The translations under genes were made by a program, and so were the position numbers. Of a stretch of 64,000 nt of DNA, positions 28,128 through 36,804 are shown piece by piece. The first letter of the stretch is position 1, and each line of letters begins with the position of its first letter. The DNA comes from Candidatus Shapirobacteria bacterium (GTDB lineage Bacteria; Patescibacteriota; Microgenomatia; UM-FILTER-40-11), in contig JAGVBK010000004.1 in assembly GCA_020059745.1 (NCBI GenBank), positions 178,511 through 242,510 on the forward strand, written 5' to 3'. The notes beneath the pieces are model-generated. The model searched no databases and was not told the DNA's origin. It saw only the letters and a program-made list of their open reading frames with translations.

Positions 28128-29811
28128 ATTGATTTCTGTTTAAAAATTTTTCTTTTTTGTAGATTCTTATGGTTGGGTGGTCAAAAACACTAAAGGTTTC
28201 CTCGGCCATTTCGTCAAAAATTAAGGGGTTATAGGAAATTTCTTTTATTTTGACAAATCCAAGTTTGCCGGAAAAGAGAAGTTGGTAGTATTTGGCAGTC
28301 AGAGGAAACCTTTCCGTCAATCTTTGGTGGTTGGCAAAGATTCTTCTTGAAGGCACAAAGATATAATCAGATTTTTCCAAAGATAAAAGCAGCTGTTCAA
28401 ATACTTTTTTTTCTTCGTCAAGTCTGTAAAAATCAAAAGAAACCGGAGAAAGTCTGAAATTACGAGCGTAAAAGTCTTGAGGAAAAACAGGAATATCAAT
28501 TACGTTTCCGGTTTCAGAAAGAACCCTGCTTCCTGAGGGAATATTTTTAAAAATCCACCTCGAGGCTTTAAAGCGGATATCTTCTCTCAAATATATTGAG
28601 GAAAAAAGAACCCCTGGTATTAAAGCTAAAAAGACAACACCGGCCAGCATACTCCTTAGAGGTTTTACTTTGGTACTGATTTTTTCAAGAAAATATGCTG
28701 AAAAAATCGAGAAAAAAGAAAAAATTGGGGCCATGAAACGGGTCCATTTACAAAACAAGAACGATTGGTAAAAAAAGAAAACAAGGAAAGAAATAAACAA
28801 AATTAAAAATCCTTTATCTATTTCCGGCTTTCTTTTTTTAAGAAACCAACTGGTAAGCTGAAAGGCAAAGTAAAAAATACCGGCAAGGCCAAGCAAAAAC
28901 ACTATCGGCCCTAGGGCAAAAGGAAAGATTTTTTTAAGTTGAAAAAGAGCGGGGGTTGTTTTTATAAACTGTCTGGTGTAAAAAACGGGAATTTTGCCTG
29001 TTGCTACCAGGGTTTCATAGGAGAGGATTCTTCTTGTTTCTTCAAACTCAAGCAAAAAATAAGGAGAAGAAATTAGAAAAAAAACGGCAGCGATAATCAA
29101 AAAAAACAAAAAATAAGAGATTTGGTTTAAAAGCTGGTTCCATTTCTTTTCCTTGACTGAGGAAAAAATTTTAAGCAAAGATAAAAACCCAATCGGAGCC
29201 AAAAAAAGAAGCGAGCTTATTTTTGTCCCCAAAGCCAGACCAAAGACAATTGAGGAAAAAAAATAGTATTTTAACGAGTCTTTTTCGTTGATTTTAAAAG
29301 AAAAGTAAATCAGGAGAAGGAAAAAGAAGCCCAGAAGAGATTCAGTGGTACCAAAGTGGGCAGACTGAATTAATCCCGGAGAAAAAGCGGCCATAGCAGC
29401 AGCAACCAGGGGGAAATATTCCCTGACCATTTTTTTAGAAAGGATATAGACAAGATAAACAGAGGCAACTCCGGCCAGAGCAGACCAGAACCTTAAGAAA
29501 AATATTGCCTCGTTAATGCTAATACTTTTAAGCTCTATCCAGGGAAGAAGATTATAAAGCTTTGCTGAAAAAAAAGAAAGGTAAAGAGGAAACTGGCCAT
29601 AAGCAAAAAAATTCGGATTAAGCTTGTTTTCAAGAGAAAGCCCGTTTATGGCCGCTGCCATGTTCCACTCGTCAGGATGAAAATGAAAAGGCAGCCCCCA
29701 GGAAATACCGGTAAACCTCAAAGAAAAAGCAAAAAAGAGAATTAAAAGGATTATCTTATTAGCGCTCTTTTTTAACTTCATCGGCAATTTTTTCGGCAAT
29801 TTTGATTGCAT
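28105..29811 (-). CDS. GT-C superfamily membrane glycosyltransferase (ArnT/PMT-like), tandem paralog B
   Basis: The 568-aa protein has HFHPDEW after TM1. Its C-terminal domain (ASRWIFKNIP...KYYQLLFSGKLGF) aligns with paralog A (KYYEKLFNGSLGF). Confidence 0.55.
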   Translation of the reverse strand: MQSKLPKKLPMKLKKSANKIILLILFFAFSLRFTGISWGLPFHFHPDEWNMAAAINGLSLENKLNPNFFAYGQFPLYLSFFSAKLYNLLPWIELKSISINEAIFFLRFWSALAGVASVYLVYILSKKMVREYFPLVAAAMAAFSPGLIQSAHFGTTESLLGFFFLLLIYFSFKINEKDSLKYYFFSSIVFGLALGTKISSLLFLAPIGFLSLLKIFSSVKEKKWNQLLNQISYFLFFLIIAAVFFLISSPYFLLEFEETRRILSYETLVATGKIPVFYTRQFIKTTPALFQLKKIFPFALGPIVFLLGLAGIFYFAFQLTSWFLKKRKPEIDKGFLILFISFLVFFFYQSFLFCKWTRFMAPIFSFFSIFSAYFLEKISTKVKPLRSMLAGVVFLALIPGVLFSSIYLREDIRFKASRWIFKNIPSGSRVLSETGNVIDIPVFPQDFYARNFRLSPVSFDFYRLDEEKKVFEQLLLSLEKSDYIFVPSRRIFANHQRLTERFPLTAKYYQLLFSGKLGFVKIKEISYNPLIFDEMAEETFSVFDHPTIRIYKKEKFLNRNQYEELFKN

Positions 29812-31030
29812 AGTTTATTCCTCTGTCTTCTGGATAGACATGGTGTAAAGATGCCCAGTATAGCCCGGAAACTGAAGTGGTAATTTTAGGCAAACGGTAA
29901 GAATAATTCAAGGAAACAACAGGCTGGGCATACTCCTCTTTGAATAGCCAAGATTTTTTTATCTTAATGTTGGGATTGATTTTTTTAAGGAAAGGGGTAA
30001 ATTTTTGTAAAACCTTGTCTTTTGTTAAAGAAAAAATCGGGTTATCCAGCGAATAGTAACCGCCGATATAAACAAGTATTTCATTGCCGTATTTTTCCTT
30101 CTCAATATAGTTTGTGTGTTCAACCACTGCCACAAAAGGATATGAAGAGTCGTTCACATTAAGCCAGTAAGTGCCGTCATTAAGCAGGTGGCGGTCAAGT
30201 GAAATAATAAGGCAAAGGCTCCCCAGGGACTTAAGGGAAGAAAGGTAGGCCTTTTCTTCTTGGCTTAGGTCCTCTGACATTTTTGAAAAGTGACAGGGAG
30301 GAACGGTAACAATTACCTTGTCAAAAAGATATTTTTTCTCTGCCTGTAGTTCAAACTTCTTCCCAATTTTTTTTATTGTTTTTACCTCTGAATTAAGTAA
30401 AATTTGCCCTTTGTTTTTAAGAATATTTTTTTCAAGGTTTGAAACTAGAGTTTGCGTTCCGCCTTCAAAATAACCTAAAGAAAAGCTCCTTTTTTTAACC
30501 CTTGTCCAAAACCAGGAAGCAGGAATATCTAAAAAATCTTTTCCAAACTTGCTTTCCAAAAGCGGCTTCCAGATAAGGTTATAAGTATTTTTCCCCATTG
30601 TTTTTTTTATAAAAGAATAAGCTGGGATTTTTTCCAGGGGTTTCCAGTTATTGTTGAGCTTAAGCCCTAAGACAGTAAGCCCTGTTCTCAGCTTGTCGAT
30701 AATGCTTAACTTTGGAAAAGAAAGGATGCTTTGAGGATTGTCAAAACGGTAAATTTTTCCATCCACCAAGACTGATGTTTTAGGATTTTTAAAAAATAGC
30801 TTATCTTGAATCCTCAGGCTTTTGCAAAGGTCAAAGAGTTCCTGATCTGAAGTAAAAAAATGGTGATAAAACTTTTCAAGACTCCACTGCCAAGCGTTTT
30901 CTTTGAAAAAGGAAGCCAAGCCACCTAAGGTTTTTTCTTTTTCAAAAATATAAACTTCATGGCCTTTTCTTGAAAGAAGGTAAGCGCTGGCTAGTCCGGT
31001 AATTCCGCCGCCGACAACTGCAATTTTCAT
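29759..31030 (-). CDS. FAD/NAD(P)-binding oxidoreductase, amine-oxidase / UDP-galactopyranose-mutase-like (GR2 Rossmann family)
   Basis: The N-terminal dinucleotide-binding motif is MKIAVVGGGITGLASAYLL...FEKEKTLGG. The segment YHHFFTSDQ resembles Glf/protoporphyrinogen-oxidase-type enzymes. Confidence 0.55.
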   Translation of the reverse strand: MKIAVVGGGITGLASAYLLSRKGHEVYIFEKEKTLGGLASFFKENAWQWSLEKFYHHFFTSDQELFDLCKSLRIQDKLFFKNPKTSVLVDGKIYRFDNPQSILSFPKLSIIDKLRTGLTVLGLKLNNNWKPLEKIPAYSFIKKTMGKNTYNLIWKPLLESKFGKDFLDIPASWFWTRVKKRSFSLGYFEGGTQTLVSNLEKNILKNKGQILLNSEVKTIKKIGKKFELQAEKKYLFDKVIVTVPPCHFSKMSEDLSQEEKAYLSSLKSLGSLCLIISLDRHLLNDGTYWLNVNDSSYPFVAVVEHTNYIEKEKYGNEILVYIGGYYSLDNPIFSLTKDKVLQKFTPFLKKINPNIKIKKSWLFKEEYAQPVVSLNYSYRLPKITTSVSGLYWASLHHVYPEDRGINYAIKIAEKIADEVKKER

Positions 31031-31053
31031 TACGATATTTTAATACAAAATAG

Positions 31054-32439
31054 TTAGAAAAAAACCAGAGCAAGACTAACAAGTATAATTAACACTCCGG
31101 CTCCCAAGAAAATTTTTGAAGGCGAATCAAATCCCGAATCAGGAAGTTCTTCGGCTTGGGTAGGAGAAATACTAGTTTCAACTTCCTTAACGGTTGGCGA
31201 TAACTTTGTGGTAGGTTGAAGTGTGGGAGAAGATTTTACTGTTGGCGAAGGGCTTGACGCTAAAGCAGTAGTGGGGGTTATTGTTAGAGAGGCTGTCTCT
31301 CCTGAAGGCGTGGCGGTAAAAGAAGGCAGATCGCTTTCTCCTGTTGCCAAGACGACAAAACTTCTGCTTACCTTTTTAATCACGCCGTTTTCAAGGTAGG
31401 AAACAATAATGCGGTGTTCTCCTGGTTCAAGAGGGGTTTTTGGAGACCATTTCCACTCTCCGTTGCTGCCAACCTTGACGCTTGAGGTAATTTTTTGGTT
31501 TGATTCTACTTCAATGGTTAGTTCTTGTCCTTCCGGTCCCTTGCCGATAAATTCCGGAATAATGGTATTTAAATTTTCATTCTCAGAAGGGGAAAGTATA
31601 ATTAGTTCTTCTTGAGTAAAAGGTACTGAGGTGGGAGCCTGAAAACCGCTTTGGTTTATGGTTGTTTTGGTTTCTGAACTAGTTTGGGGAGTTGCTCCTT
31701 CCTCAAGGAAGTTGTGATTCTTACCAATAGTTATGTCTGGAGCAGGGTTATCACTTGCAGTAGTGAGAGTTGCCGTGGCTGTTTCCATGCCTTTTTTAAC
31801 AGTGATTTCTATGATTTGAGCATTTCTGTCATAGTTGGAAACACTTTGTAGGTCAAGTGTCCTTGCCGTGGCAAGGGGAATCATCCAGTGCCCATTTTTA
31901 TCAGTAAGAGCTGCTTGTTCAACTGCATTTGCCATTGAAAGATAAACCAGAGCATCTGGCAAAGGACTGCCGATAGGGTCAAGTATCCTGCCTTGGGCAA
32001 TATCATTGTCCTCTGGAATTGAAGGCAAGGCGGTAGTTACCTCATAAGGCTTTCCTGAATTATCAAAAGCTCTTCCGTTGGAAACCACTTTGAAATAATA
32101 TTTTGTTTGCGGTTTAAGGCCGTCAACGATGACAAAATGAACTCGGGATTTAATAAAAGTGCTTTCAGTGTCTCTTATGTCTTTTTTAATTTCTCCTGTT
32201 TCCTTTGTTTCGCCGACTGTCAGGCTGCCTGAAGTTTCTTGTGAAGTTGCCCAGGAAACAACAAAAGACGACTGACCAACATTAGTTATTTTAAGCTGAA
32301 GAGGAGTATCCTCGGGAGAAGCTTTGGTGGAAAAATTCTGAACTCTATTAATTGCAAAAATTCCCGCCACCAGCCCAAGGATAAGAATAGCTAGTCCGAT
32401 TGGAATCGGAAGGTGCTTCGGTTGCAAGTATTTTTTCAT
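31054..32439 (-). CDS. cell-surface multi-domain protein (Fn3-like, carboxypeptidase-regulatory-like and Ig-like domains) with an S/T/P-rich stalk and a C-terminal LPDSG-plus-hydrophobic anchor (putative sortase substrate)
   Basis: An N-terminal signal/anchor is followed by FVVSWATS...TKYYFKVVSNG (Fn3), DALVYLS...TDKNGHWMIPL (CarboxypepD_reg-like), and a Ser/Thr/Pro-rich region. The ORF ends ...ELPDSGFDSPSKIFLGAGVLIILVSLALVFF. Confidence 0.6.
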   Translation of the reverse strand: MKKYLQPKHLPIPIGLAILILGLVAGIFAINRVQNFSTKASPEDTPLQLKITNVGQSSFVVSWATSQETSGSLTVGETKETGEIKKDIRDTESTFIKSRVHFVIVDGLKPQTKYYFKVVSNGRAFDNSGKPYEVTTALPSIPEDNDIAQGRILDPIGSPLPDALVYLSMANAVEQAALTDKNGHWMIPLATARTLDLQSVSNYDRNAQIIEITVKKGMETATATLTTASDNPAPDITIGKNHNFLEEGATPQTSSETKTTINQSGFQAPTSVPFTQEELIILSPSENENLNTIIPEFIGKGPEGQELTIEVESNQKITSSVKVGSNGEWKWSPKTPLEPGEHRIIVSYLENGVIKKVSRSFVVLATGESDLPSFTATPSGETASLTITPTTALASSPSPTVKSSPTLQPTTKLSPTVKEVETSISPTQAEELPDSGFDSPSKIFLGAGVLIILVSLALVFF

Positions 32440-32472
32440 TAATTTCTTTAGGCAATTTAGTCTAAATCTTGG

Positions 32473-32670
32473 TTAGTGATATCTTTTCGCAAGCTCCTCG
32501 AACACTTTTTCATCCAAGTCGGGGTTTAAAACTTTAATTTCCTCTTGGGTTAAAATCGGTTTTTCAGTTTTTTTAGCGGCGAAATGAACGCTCAGATAAA
32601 TCCAAAGAAAAGCAATTGTCAGGCTTAAAATTGATATAAGTAAAATTGCTTGGCTGTAATTTTTTTTCAT
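32473..32670 (-). CDS. hypothetical small single-TM protein (65 aa)
   Basis: One TM segment (AILLISILSLTIAFLWIYL). It is tightly packed between the PilO-like gene and the surface-protein gene. Confidence 0.35.
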   Translation of the reverse strand: MKKNYSQAILLISILSLTIAFLWIYLSVHFAAKKTEKPILTQEEIKVLNPDLDEKVFEELAKRYH

Positions 32671-32671
32671 T

Positions 32672-33316
32672 TTAGCTTGATTGTTTGTTTTGGTCCTCTA
32701 CAAAGGTTGCTTCTCCGGTTATTATCAGCATCAAAACTGGCTCTTCTTTGTTTTTTGATTCTGAAAAGCTTGTTTCTTTTATTTTAACCATTCTTCTTGA
32801 TGCTTCCATGAATCCTAAAAAATCCTTTAGTTGCTGATATTGACCGATGACATTAATCGAAAAGTTAAAAGAGCTTGTTTGGGTTTCTTTGCCTTTAACC
32901 GCTTTTGGCTGGCTGCCTACTTTTTCAAAATTGATTGTTCTAAGCTCAACCCCAGAGGAGCTGGCAGCAGTTTCAAAAAATAAAGCCAGCTGAGGAAATT
33001 CGTTTTGTTTAGGCAAGGCTTCGTCTAAAAGAGCCATATATTCAGCATTTTTAGCGTATTCTTCCTGGGCTTTTACGATGGCATCAATTTTTTGCTGAAG
33101 TTTTTCGCTTGCTTCTCTTTTTTCCTTAATCTCTTTTCTCAAGCTGGTAATGGTGACCAAGGTAGGTTTAATAGCCATGATTAGAAAAAAAGCCGCAGTT
33201 GAAATAGAAAGTGAAAGCCAGATAAAAGATTTAATTTGTTCTGTCTGATAAAGTCTTTGGACATCAGAAAAGTATCTTTTGTAAGGAATGGCGTTATTTT
33301 TAAATTTTAAGTTCAT
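32672..33316 (-). CDS. type IV pilus assembly protein PilO-like
   Basis: A short cytoplasmic N-terminus, one TM segment, a coiled coil, then LDEALPKQNEFPQLALFFETAASSSGVELRTINFE, which matches the PilO periplasmic domain pattern. Confidence 0.5.
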   Translation of the reverse strand: MNLKFKNNAIPYKRYFSDVQRLYQTEQIKSFIWLSLSISTAAFFLIMAIKPTLVTITSLRKEIKEKREASEKLQQKIDAIVKAQEEYAKNAEYMALLDEALPKQNEFPQLALFFETAASSSGVELRTINFEKVGSQPKAVKGKETQTSSFNFSINVIGQYQQLKDFLGFMEASRRMVKIKETSFSESKNKEEPVLMLIITGEATFVEDQNKQSS

Positions 33317-33888
33317 TGGCTAGATAAGCTGGTTTTGCTTTGTTTTGCTTCTTTTATTGTGGCAGTAATATTAAAACTTATTCCCGGCAGACCTTCTTTT
33401 CGCGATGAAACTTCGTCAAGTGAAACTTCTGAAATATTTGGGAGGCTTACTAACCCTGTCATAAAATATTTAAGCCCGCTTTCAGTAAAAGAGTAGCCTG
33501 TGATTTTCAGCTCATCATCAGCAACTGCAATTCTATTTAAAGTAACTTCAACAGGAAGAAGCTTGCTGACCTCAACAATCCAAACTGAGGGTTTTTTTTC
33601 TTGAGCAAGAAGCGTTTTTACCAAATTGGTTCTTTCCTGTATCTGGCGGAAATTATCCTCGAAACTGGTAGCCGAGGCAACAATCGCTTTTTTCTGTTTT
33701 ATTTCGTCAAAAAGGTTTGCCAGTTGGGTGTCGAAGTAAAATCTTGACAAAAAAGCGCAAATTACCACAAATTCCGTTAAAACAACGATCCAGCGGCCAA
33801 CAGAGACAGCCCAGCCTACAAGTTTGCCGGTTGGGGAATAGGCAAAATCATCCTTGGGGAGAAGATTTATTTTGTCAGCAGAAGACAT
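33313..33888 (-). CDS. type IV pilus assembly protein PilN-like
   Basis: The N-terminal INLLP motif (KINLLPKDDF, the PilM-binding signature of PilN) is followed by a single TM segment and a coiled coil. Its 4-nt overlap with the downstream PilO-like gene indicates coupling. Confidence 0.55.
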   Translation of the reverse strand: MSSADKINLLPKDDFAYSPTGKLVGWAVSVGRWIVVLTEFVVICAFLSRFYFDTQLANLFDEIKQKKAIVASATSFEDNFRQIQERTNLVKTLLAQEKKPSVWIVEVSKLLPVEVTLNRIAVADDELKITGYSFTESGLKYFMTGLVSLPNISEVSLDEVSSRKEGLPGISFNITATIKEAKQSKTSLSSQ

Positions 33889-33948
33889 AATACCAGTATA
33901 TTAGAGTCCGAAGATTATTGTCAAAGCCGTTTTTGGTTCGGGAAAGGT

Positions 33949-34236
33949 CTATTTTTTATTCTTTTTTTCTGAAGCTTTATTTTTGGGTTTTTCCGCTTTT
34001 TTTTCTGTTAGGCCTAAAGTAGCTTTACTTTTTATCCTTGCCGCTTTTCTTTTGTGAATCACTCCGGTTTTGGCCAATTTATCTGCCAGAGAAAAGATTG
34101 AGCTTAAGGTTTTTTCATCAGCTTTACTTTTGAAATTTTTAATTTCTTTTTTTAAAGCCACTTTTTTAGCCCGATTTCTCTCGGTTCTTTTTTTTGTTTG
34201 TCTTAAAGCTTTTTTAGCGCTTTGAATAATTGGCAT
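33949..34236 (-). CDS. rpsT: 30S ribosomal protein S20
   Basis: MPIIQSAKKALRQTKKRTERNRAKKVALKKEIKNF. The start is chosen at the internal Met, since the ORF-track extension to 34314 is not conserved. Confidence 0.85.
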   Translation of the reverse strand: MPIIQSAKKALRQTKKRTERNRAKKVALKKEIKNFKSKADEKTLSSIFSLADKLAKTGVIHKRKAARIKSKATLGLTEKKAEKPKNKASEKKNKK

Positions 34237-34344
34237 AGTGCCTAATATCCTACCAATTCCCTCTTTAAAAAGCAAGACTTTTTTCATATACTGGCATTGC
34301 TTTGTTAAAAGCACTGGCGAAATTTTTTTAAAAACCTCAAAATT

Positions 34345-36021
34345 ATGTTTAAATTAAAAAGTTTTTGGCAAAACGGAAGAAGTCTTTTGGTCCGTCGCCA
34401 GTCAAGCATACTTTCTGCGGCCTTAGTAATCGCTTTAACCTATGGGGTTTCTATGGTTTTAGGGATTATTCGCGAAAGACTGATTGTGGCCAGGTTTTAC
34501 TCCTGTTGCAAGCAACAAGTTGATGTTTACTATGCTGCTTTCAGGTTGCCGGATATGATTTTTCAGCTTGTAGTCATTGGGGCCTTGTCCGCTGCTTTTA
34601 TTCCGGTTTTTTCAGAAAGGCAGTCAAAAGATAGGCAAGATGCCAACCACCTGGCCTCCTCTTTAATAAACTTGCTTTTAGGTTTCTTTTTAATTCTCTC
34701 AGTAATAATTTTTATTGCCGCCAAACCTTTTTCCTCTTTAATTACCGGAAATTTTTCGCCGGAACAAATTGAGTTAATGGCAAAAATGACCAGGGTGATG
34801 CTTTTGGCCCAGATCTTTTTTCTTATCTCCAATTTCTTTTCTGCAATTTCCCAATCTAATCAAAGATTTTTATTACCTTCGATTTCGCCGATTGTCTATA
34901 ATCTGGGAATAATTCTTTCTGTTTATTTCTTTTCTTCAACCCTGGGAATATGGTCGGCAACAATTGGTGTCCTTGTCGGTGCCTTTTTTCATTTGCTAAT
35001 CCAGGTTCCTTTGGTGGCAGGGCTTGGCTACCGCTATTCTTTTGTTTTTGACCTTAACCACGGTGGGGTAAAAAAAGTGGTTAAGCTGATGTTGCCCAGA
35101 ACTTTGTCCCTCGCTGCAGGGCAAATAGAAGCAACCGTGTCTTTGTTTTTAGCAACCTCACTTTCAGCCGGGTCTCTAACAATTTATTATTTAGCCCAGA
35201 AACTTTCAGATTTACCGGTAAGACTTTTGGGAACATCAATCGGACAAGCCGCGCTTCCGCTGTTGTCTCTTCAAATTGCAGAAAATAAAACTGAGGAGTT
35301 TAAGAAAACTTTAGCCCAGTCGTTAAACCAGATTCTTTTTTTTGCCTTGCCCATGACCGCCATTTTTTTGGTTTTGCGTGTTCAGATTGTCCGTTTTGCT
35401 TATGGAGCAAAAAGCTTTCCCTGGGTGGCGACAATTATCACGGGAAGAACCTTGGCAGCAATTGCTTTTTCCATTTTTTCACAAAGTGCTTCCCAGCTTT
35501 TGGTGCGGGGTTATTATGCCCTTCACGATACTAAAACACCATTTTTTATTAGTTTTCTTTCTGTTGGCGTTAATATTCTTTTGAGCCTTCTTTTAGTTTT
35601 TGGTTTTAATTTGGAAATTTTTGGCCTGGCCCTTGCTTTTTCTGCCTCAAGTTTCATTCATTTCGTCTTTTTGCTTTTTATTTTCAATGCCAGGAAAATG
35701 AATTTTCTTAACAAGGCAGATTTGGTAGTTTGGGCAAAAATGACCTTTTCTGCAATAGTTGCTGCTTTTAGTTCCTGGGGGTCAATGAAGTTTCTTGACG
35801 CCTTTGTCTTTGAAACCACACGGGCCTTGCCTCTTTTGGTCCTAACGATTATTTCAGGCAGTTTGGGCCTTTTGTCCTATTTTTTAATTGTGGCCTTTTT
35901 TGAACTTGAAGAGCTGAAAATCATTTTTGGTATAAGAAGAAAACTTTCCCAGTGGCGTAAATCTCTGGTACCGGTGAAAGAAATTATTGAGCCTCATACA
36001 GACTCAATTCCTAAGGTCTAG
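34345..36021 (+). CDS. murJ: lipid II flippase MurJ (MviN)
   Basis: The 558-aa protein has 14 TM segments and the N-terminus SILSAALVIALTYGVSMVLGIIRERLIVARF...YYAAFRLPDMIFQLVVIGALSAAFIPVF, typical of MurJ. Confidence 0.8.
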   Translation: MFKLKSFWQNGRSLLVRRQSSILSAALVIALTYGVSMVLGIIRERLIVARFYSCCKQQVDVYYAAFRLPDMIFQLVVIGALSAAFIPVFSERQSKDRQDANHLASSLINLLLGFFLILSVIIFIAAKPFSSLITGNFSPEQIELMAKMTRVMLLAQIFFLISNFFSAISQSNQRFLLPSISPIVYNLGIILSVYFFSSTLGIWSATIGVLVGAFFHLLIQVPLVAGLGYRYSFVFDLNHGGVKKVVKLMLPRTLSLAAGQIEATVSLFLATSLSAGSLTIYYLAQKLSDLPVRLLGTSIGQAALPLLSLQIAENKTEEFKKTLAQSLNQILFFALPMTAIFLVLRVQIVRFAYGAKSFPWVATIITGRTLAAIAFSIFSQSASQLLVRGYYALHDTKTPFFISFLSVGVNILLSLLLVFGFNLEIFGLALAFSASSFIHFVFLLFIFNARKMNFLNKADLVVWAKMTFSAIVAAFSSWGSMKFLDAFVFETTRALPLLVLTIISGSLGLLSYFLIVAFFELEELKIIFGIRRKLSQWRKSLVPVKEIIEPHTDSIPKV

Positions 36022-36039
36022 GTAGAAAAAAATTTATTC

Positions 36040-36078
36040 TTGACAAACATTAGCAATCATGATATACCTTTGCTAATG
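36040..36078 (+). promoter_or_regulatory. sigma70-like promoter (TTGACA-17-TATACC) overlapping a CIRCE-like inverted repeat (HrcA operator) immediately upstream of hrcA
   Basis: TTGACA at 36040-36045. The inverted repeat TTAGCAATC-N9-CTTTGCTAA at 36050-36076 matches the CIRCE consensus TTAGCACTC-N9-GAGTGCTAA in 8/9 and 6/9 positions, and its outer 7 nt are perfectly complementary. Confidence 0.5.
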
Positions 36079-36804
36079 AACTCTTTATCTGACCGCCAAA
36101 TTAAGATTCTTAAGGCAATCATTGACGAGTACATTGCCACCGCTCTTCCGGTTGGCTCAAATACCATTGAGAGAAAATACAACCTTGGCGTTTCTCCGGC
36201 CACCATCCGTAATGAAATGGTTAAACTTACTGAAGAAGGTTATCTCAAAAAAAGCCATTCTTCTTCAGGCCGAAGCCCGACCCCCGCCGCTTTAAAATTT
36301 TATGTTTCTAACCTCATGAAAGAGCAACAGCTTTCATTAACAGAGGAAGTGGCGGTAAAAGAAAAAGTATGGGACCACCGTGATGAGCTTGATAAGTTCT
36401 TAAGGGAAATGACCAAAGAACTGGCACTTAGGACAAAGGAGCTGGCTTTGTCAATGACAGAAGAAGGAGACATATATACGGCAGGAATGGCCAATATTCT
36501 TGAGTTTCCAGAGTTTTTTGACATTGATCTTACCAAAAGCCTTCTTGCCCACCTTGATGATGCCGATTATTGGAAAGGACTCTTAAATCATTCTCCAGAA
36601 GAAAGCCAGGTGGGGATTCTTATCGGAGACGATTTAGGAGATGAGCTTTACGAATCATGTGGTTTTGTTTTCCGTCGTTTTGAAGCCGGCCCCCACACAG
36701 GCGTTATTGGTGTTGTTGGTCCGGCCAGATTAAATTACAGTCGGATTTACCCCACGGTAAGATATTTTGGGGAATTGATAGACGAAATTTTCAGGAGTTG
36801 GTAA
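36076..36804 (+). CDS. hrcA: heat-inducible transcription repressor HrcA (compact)
   Basis: MNSLSDRQIKILKAIIDEYIATALPVGSNTIERKYNLGVSPATIRNEMVKLTEEGYL. The start is moved to the Met at 36076 because the upstream extension contains the CIRCE/promoter element. Confidence 0.8.
   Translation: MNSLSDRQIKILKAIIDEYIATALPVGSNTIERKYNLGVSPATIRNEMVKLTEEGYLKKSHSSSGRSPTPAALKFYVSNLMKEQQLSLTEEVAVKEKVWDHRDELDKFLREMTKELALRTKELALSMTEEGDIYTAGMANILEFPEFFDIDLTKSLLAHLDDADYWKGLLNHSPEESQVGILIGDDLGDELYESCGFVFRRFEAGPHTGVIGVVGPARLNYSRIYPTVRYFGELIDEIFRSW

Noticed and set aside
34250-34344. Partial palindrome ctggcattgctttgttaaaagcactggcg in the rpsT/murJ divergent intergenic region
   Set aside because: The arms are not truly complementary beyond 4-5 nt. 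It is most likely just promoter-region sequence.
36280-36300. GC-rich islands inside hrcA (36280-36300) and pnp (46880-46920) as possible ncRNA/tRNA
   Set aside because: Both are in frame within conserved coding sequence (Arg/Gly/Pro codons). No tRNA-like stems were found.
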